Under the pieces are notes generated by a model. The model was not told where the DNA came from and made no database searches. It saw only the letters and a list, made by a program, of their open reading frames with translations. From Amphiscolops sp. MND2022 (lineage: Eukaryota), in contig OZ076414.1 of NCBI GenBank assembly GCA_964187785.1, positions 6,324,001 through 6,388,000 on the forward strand: a DNA stretch of 64,000 bases, in the 5' to 3' direction. The number at the start of each line of letters is the position of its first letter. Within the stretch, counting starts at the first letter, position 1. A program made the position numbers and the translations under genes. Shown here one piece after another: positions 59,935 to 64,000 of this stretch.

Positions 59935-60900
59935 TTAAAGGGTTGAAGTGGTAGGTTTACAGGTGGAGTCTTCTTGACTCAATGTTTTTTCCTCAGATTT
60001 GGAGTTGTCCAGTTTGAGGTCTTTGGGCTTGAGGTGGGCTCCAGCGCCTTTCCCACATCGTTCCGCCGGCTGGTTCGTTTTGTCACAAGTCAGGCACTTT
60101 GGGTACTCTTTTTTGGTCGTCATTGCGTTTTGTTCCTCCTTTCGTTTGAGTTTTCGACAGTTATCTTGGACAAGTCCTGGTTTTTTTTGCAGCAATTGCA
60201 AGGTGTCGCTGGGCCAATGCTCAATGAAAGGCGGCCAGTACCTGGTCGTGTTGCTTTCGAGGCTGTTGACATTGTGGGAACAGAATAGTCATCGCTCTCC
60301 TCACTTCCATTCAGTCCCAATTTGCGTTCCAAGTGTGCGACATTCTCTTCGTAGCATTCTCAAGTCGGGCCATTTTGACTGAGCTTTTCAGATTGAGTGG
60401 CAATTTGGCGTGAAAGAGACTGTCAATCCTTGCTTGCGCATGTTCCCTAAATGCTTTTTCAGCACCTTGCTTGAGTTCGCCGAAAAAATCAGTCGAATTC
60501 ATAGTATTTGGGTCGAATACCAGCTTGTGCCATTTGTGTTTTCAGTTGTCTGAGACTCAGGTTTTACAAATTTCCTGCGTAAAACTGCTAGTATGTCTTC
60601 CAGGGTTTGTCTGTTCGCCGAACTGATATTACGAAACTTTGAATGAAACTGGTTGATGTTCATCGTTTCTGTAATGTCCGGTTGCATCTTTATCATTGTA
60701 TGAAAAAGATCTGCAAAAAGTTCGAACTTTTCAAATTTGCCGTCAAATGTCAGTTTGGTTGTACTGTCTGGTCTCACCATCAGTGTTTGTGCTGACGATT
60801 TATTAATCATTCCCATAATTACATCTGCGAGACGACTGATGGTATCTACTGCAGTTTCGGAAGGTACGTCCCAGTTGTCAGCAGACACTGGTTTTGTTTT
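59935..60900 (-). pseudogene. gag: gag of element F with degenerate CCHC knuckle
   Basis: KFELFADLFHTMIKMQP segment; CLTCDKTNQPAERC (His replaced by Gln) upstream of the protease. Confidence 0.8.
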
Positions 60901-61913
60901 TGCTGTGCTGGGAGCGTTGTATCTAGCGTATGGTCATTACTAGTATTTTGAAGTGGAGCTTAGGTTCTGGAAAGCGTGGGCCGTCTGTTCAGAAATTCAG
61001 GGACCATTTGTAGGGTAATTTTGGCTCCTGTCACTATCAGCCCTCAGTTCAGAATCTACTGAACGTTATCCACGGGAATCGATACGGTTACTTCTAGTTG
61101 TTATCAAATTGGGGAAGTTCTACTGAGTTTTCTGAGCAATTTTTTTCTGAATTTGCTTACAAGTGGTCTACCTGACCGAGCGTCGTACTTCTGGGCTTTT
61201 TCGCAACTTCCATGCGGATGCAGTTCGTCTGACCTTAAGTCACTTTGTTGAGCTGTTTGGTCGTTTTTCTCTGAATGCAGTCCGTCTGACTGAACGTCAC
61301 GCTGCTGAGCCACGTGGTAGATTTTGCCTGTATGCGGTCCATCGAGGGTCCCATTTTGCATTTGGATTAGATTTAGTCGGGTTTAACGCATAGCAAAGTT
61401 AATCACCTCCAAATTTTGAGCGTTTAGGTCAGATTTCAGTTCTCTCGGTTGTCTAGAGACTTGTGATGATCTTTCAGAACTAATTGCTCTGTTAGTTTCT
61501 TCAGTTTAAGAACTGTTCTCACTAAGATTAGTGTTTAAGTAAGACCTGAATGCGCCATCAATTTGATTCAACTCTCGGTCCTGTCCATTTGACCTCAAAT
61601 CCGTTTCATTTACAATATTTTCCTCCTGTACCTCACAGTATTTACGTCGGATTATTTTGAACTTTTTTCATTTTCCTTTGCTCTGTGTTTTCTGGTTGAC
61701 GGGATATTAAAGGGAGATCTTTGATTTTAACTCTGAATTGTCAGAGATAACAGATTGAACAATATTGTGTATTGAGAGTGGACAGTGTTAACAATGAGTG
61801 ATTCTTTTTGGGAAACTTTCCGAGTATATATAGTATAAACAGCATGACACGCATTACTTTGTGCGTCAGGTAGCTAATTATAGGGTGAAATCAGTTTCAA
61901 TTTGTGTTTCAAA

Positions 61914-64000
61914 ACACAGACATTGGCATTGTGCGAACCTCGTTTGAGGGTGTATGGTTAATTAGTGAAAGTGTTCACGTGAATTGTAACCTCACGTTGG
62001 GTCAGTGTGACTAAAGCAGCGCAAAAGGCTATGTCGCCATCCTCTGTGAGGGCATTGCTCGGTTGTAGAATTTCATTGACGTTAGTGTCGTCAAAAAAGT
62101 TGGGAATTCATAAAGACCAGTTGTCTGTCATTAGGGGGAAAGGTAAATGCTCCCGGGTACATAAAGGTTCCATGACATTAGTGTAATCGTGAACCGCCGT
62201 TTTCAATTGCTTGGAGAAGAATGGGAAGTTTGGGGCTCCCTGTCGCATATCCAGTTTGGTATTGTTTCGTTGAAGGAGCGAGAGACCAATAAATGACTTG
62301 TAAGCTTTCCATGACTCTGAAACTCTCGTGAGAATTGATGTCCCCGACTTCCAATTTGAGTTCGACAGTGCTCTTTAGAGTTTCCAGCTGCCCATTAGCA
62401 ACCAATATTTGAAAGTTGGGAGATGTGCCCTCTTCAATTATTGACTGAGGGGCTAATATTCCGATTTTACGTAGATTAGTTTCTGGGTTTGCGTTTGATA
62501 GTGCCCCCGTGTCTACTAGAGGCCATCTAATGTTAGTTACCCAAAATCCATTGGAAAATAGAGCACACGTCTCTTATATTTGAGTCCGAGATTTGTTGTT
62601 AACGGAACCTAGTCTGGTTCACCGTCTCGGGAGTTTACCGTATTCACGAATGGTTGTTCCAACGTTGCGGTCAACGTGACTAGGGGGCGTCTTGAGGAAG
62701 ATCATCCTTCAGCTCTGGTTGGACTGTCGGATGAGATGCAACGGTTCTGCTTTGCCAAGGCTCTACGGAGGCCTTCGACAAGACGGGGTTGAGATTTTGG
62801 TAGATTTCATGTAAGTCAGATTCTACTTCGCTGATATTTTTGTTGAAATTGTGGTAGAAAAGTAGATGATGTTGGTTGTAGATTTGAAAGTCCCAATAGA
62901 TGTCAAAACCGAAATCCGGGTCGTCAGGGTAGTAGGGGTTGTAATTATCTATATGGGGTAAAGGACGAATAGTAGTAGTATGGTATGCTGTCTGTCGGAC
63001 TGAAGGTCCAATATGGGTACGTTAAGAGGGGTATTTTCACCTGCAGCTGCCAGTCAGCTGATGAATTGGTTTTTAGTGATGAGTAGTTTTTCAGTGTAAT
63101 ATACGGTAGAGGGGTCACACATTATAAATTGTCTGACGCGTAGTTTTTCATCACTTTGGAGTCGTGGCAAATCTTTTTTTGGGTTTTAAAGGGTTGAAGT
63201 GGTAGGTTTACAGGTGGAGTCTTCTTGACTCAATGTTTTTTCCTCAGATTTGGAGTTGACCAGTTTGAGGTCTTTGGGCTTGAGGTGGGCTCCAGCGCCT
63301 TTCCCACATCGTTCCGCGGGCTGGTTCGTTTTGTCACAAGTCAGGCACTTTGGGTACTCTTTTTTGGTCGTCATTGCGTTTTGTTCCTCCTTTCGTTTGA
63401 GTTTTCGACAGTTATCTTGGACAAGTCCTGGTTTTTTTGCAGCAATTGCAAGGTGTCGCTGGGCCAATGCCCAATGAAAGGCGGCCAGTACCTGGTCGTG
63501 TTGCTTTCGAGGCTGTTGACATTGTGGGAACAGAATAGTCATCGCTCTCCTCATTTCCATTCAGTCCCAATTTGCGTTCCAAGTGTGCGACATTCTCTTC
63601 GTAGCATTCTCAAGTCGGGCCATTTTGACTGAGCTTTTCAGATTGAGTGGCAATTTGGCGTGAAAGAGACTGTCAATCCTTGCTTGCGCATGTTCCCCAA
63701 ATGCTTTTTCAGCACCTTGCTTGAGTTCGCCGAAAAAATCAGTCGAATTCATAGTATTTGGGTCAAATACCAGCTTGTGCCATTTGTGTTTTCAGTTGTC
63801 TGAGACTCAGGTTTTACAAATTTCCTGCGTAAAACTGCTAGTATGTCTTCCAGGGTTTGTCTGATCGCCGAACTGATATTACGAAACTTTGAATGAAACT
63901 GGTTGATGTTCATCGTTTCTGTAATGTCCGGTTGCATCTTTATCATTGTATGAAAAAGATCTGCAAAAAGTTCGAACTTTTCAAATTTGCCGTCAAATGT
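61914..64000 (-). repeat. Near-identical tandem duplicate of 58661-60750 (gag-protease), running off the window
   Basis: ACACAGACATTGGC starts at 58661 and 61914; constant offset of 3250-3253 bp with only scattered differences. Confidence 0.97.

Larger units (their letters stand above)
50300..61913 (-). mobile_element. Ty3/Gypsy element F (ORF0, gag, pol, antisense accessory region), decayed
   Basis: See component features; boundaries approximate, LTR pair not resolved. Confidence 0.85.

Noticed and set aside
48190-61895. Shared word TAGGGTG at ~48195, ~50205 and ~61880 as an LTR marker
   Set aside because: Flanking similarity is too weak to define LTR pairs or TSDs.
111-63632. Numerous 60-130 aa ORFs in the track overlapping real genes on other frames or strands
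   Set aside because: Shadow frames of pol, gag, env and Polinton genes with no independent motifs.
1-64000. Alternative genetic code explaining in-frame stops
   Set aside because: Stops of different types occur together with frameshifts, and long ORFs such as MCP are open under the standard code.

Overview
Eukaryotic, AT-rich window made almost entirely of mobile elements; no host genes, rRNA, tRNA or CRISPR/cas were seen, and the host cannot be named from sequence alone. (1) 1-~5.7 kb: decayed plus-strand Ty3/Gypsy pol with an open antisense accessory ORF. (2) ~6.4-29 kb: a head-to-tail chain of large minus-strand, env-bearing Ty3/Gypsy elements (gag, protease, RT, RNase H, integrase, a probable class III gB/chuvirus-G-like env, and a fourth ORF). 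The chain contains a 2-kb triplication, a Helentron-type non-autonomous insert and an array of covarying hairpins. (3) 29-30.8 kb: an inverted relative of that family plus a 251-bp palindrome. (4) 30942-47446: a complete 16.5-kb Polinton/Maverick (adintovirus-like endogenous virus) with ~680-bp TIRs and a 6-bp TSD (TGCGGT), inserted in the 5' region of another Gypsy element. It encodes pPolB, integrase, packaging ATPase, major and minor capsid proteins and an adenain-like protease, plus unusual cargo: a fibre with a MAM-like head, a U-box/DUF4116-like protein, an HNH nuclease, a pVI-like amphipathic protein and a tiny membrane glycoprotein. Nearly all of its genes start at TAAATG. (5) 47.4-64 kb: minus-strand Gypsy elements with antisense accessory ORFs and a recent ~3.25-kb tandem duplication. 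Family calls come from motif recognition by eye; no database searches were run.
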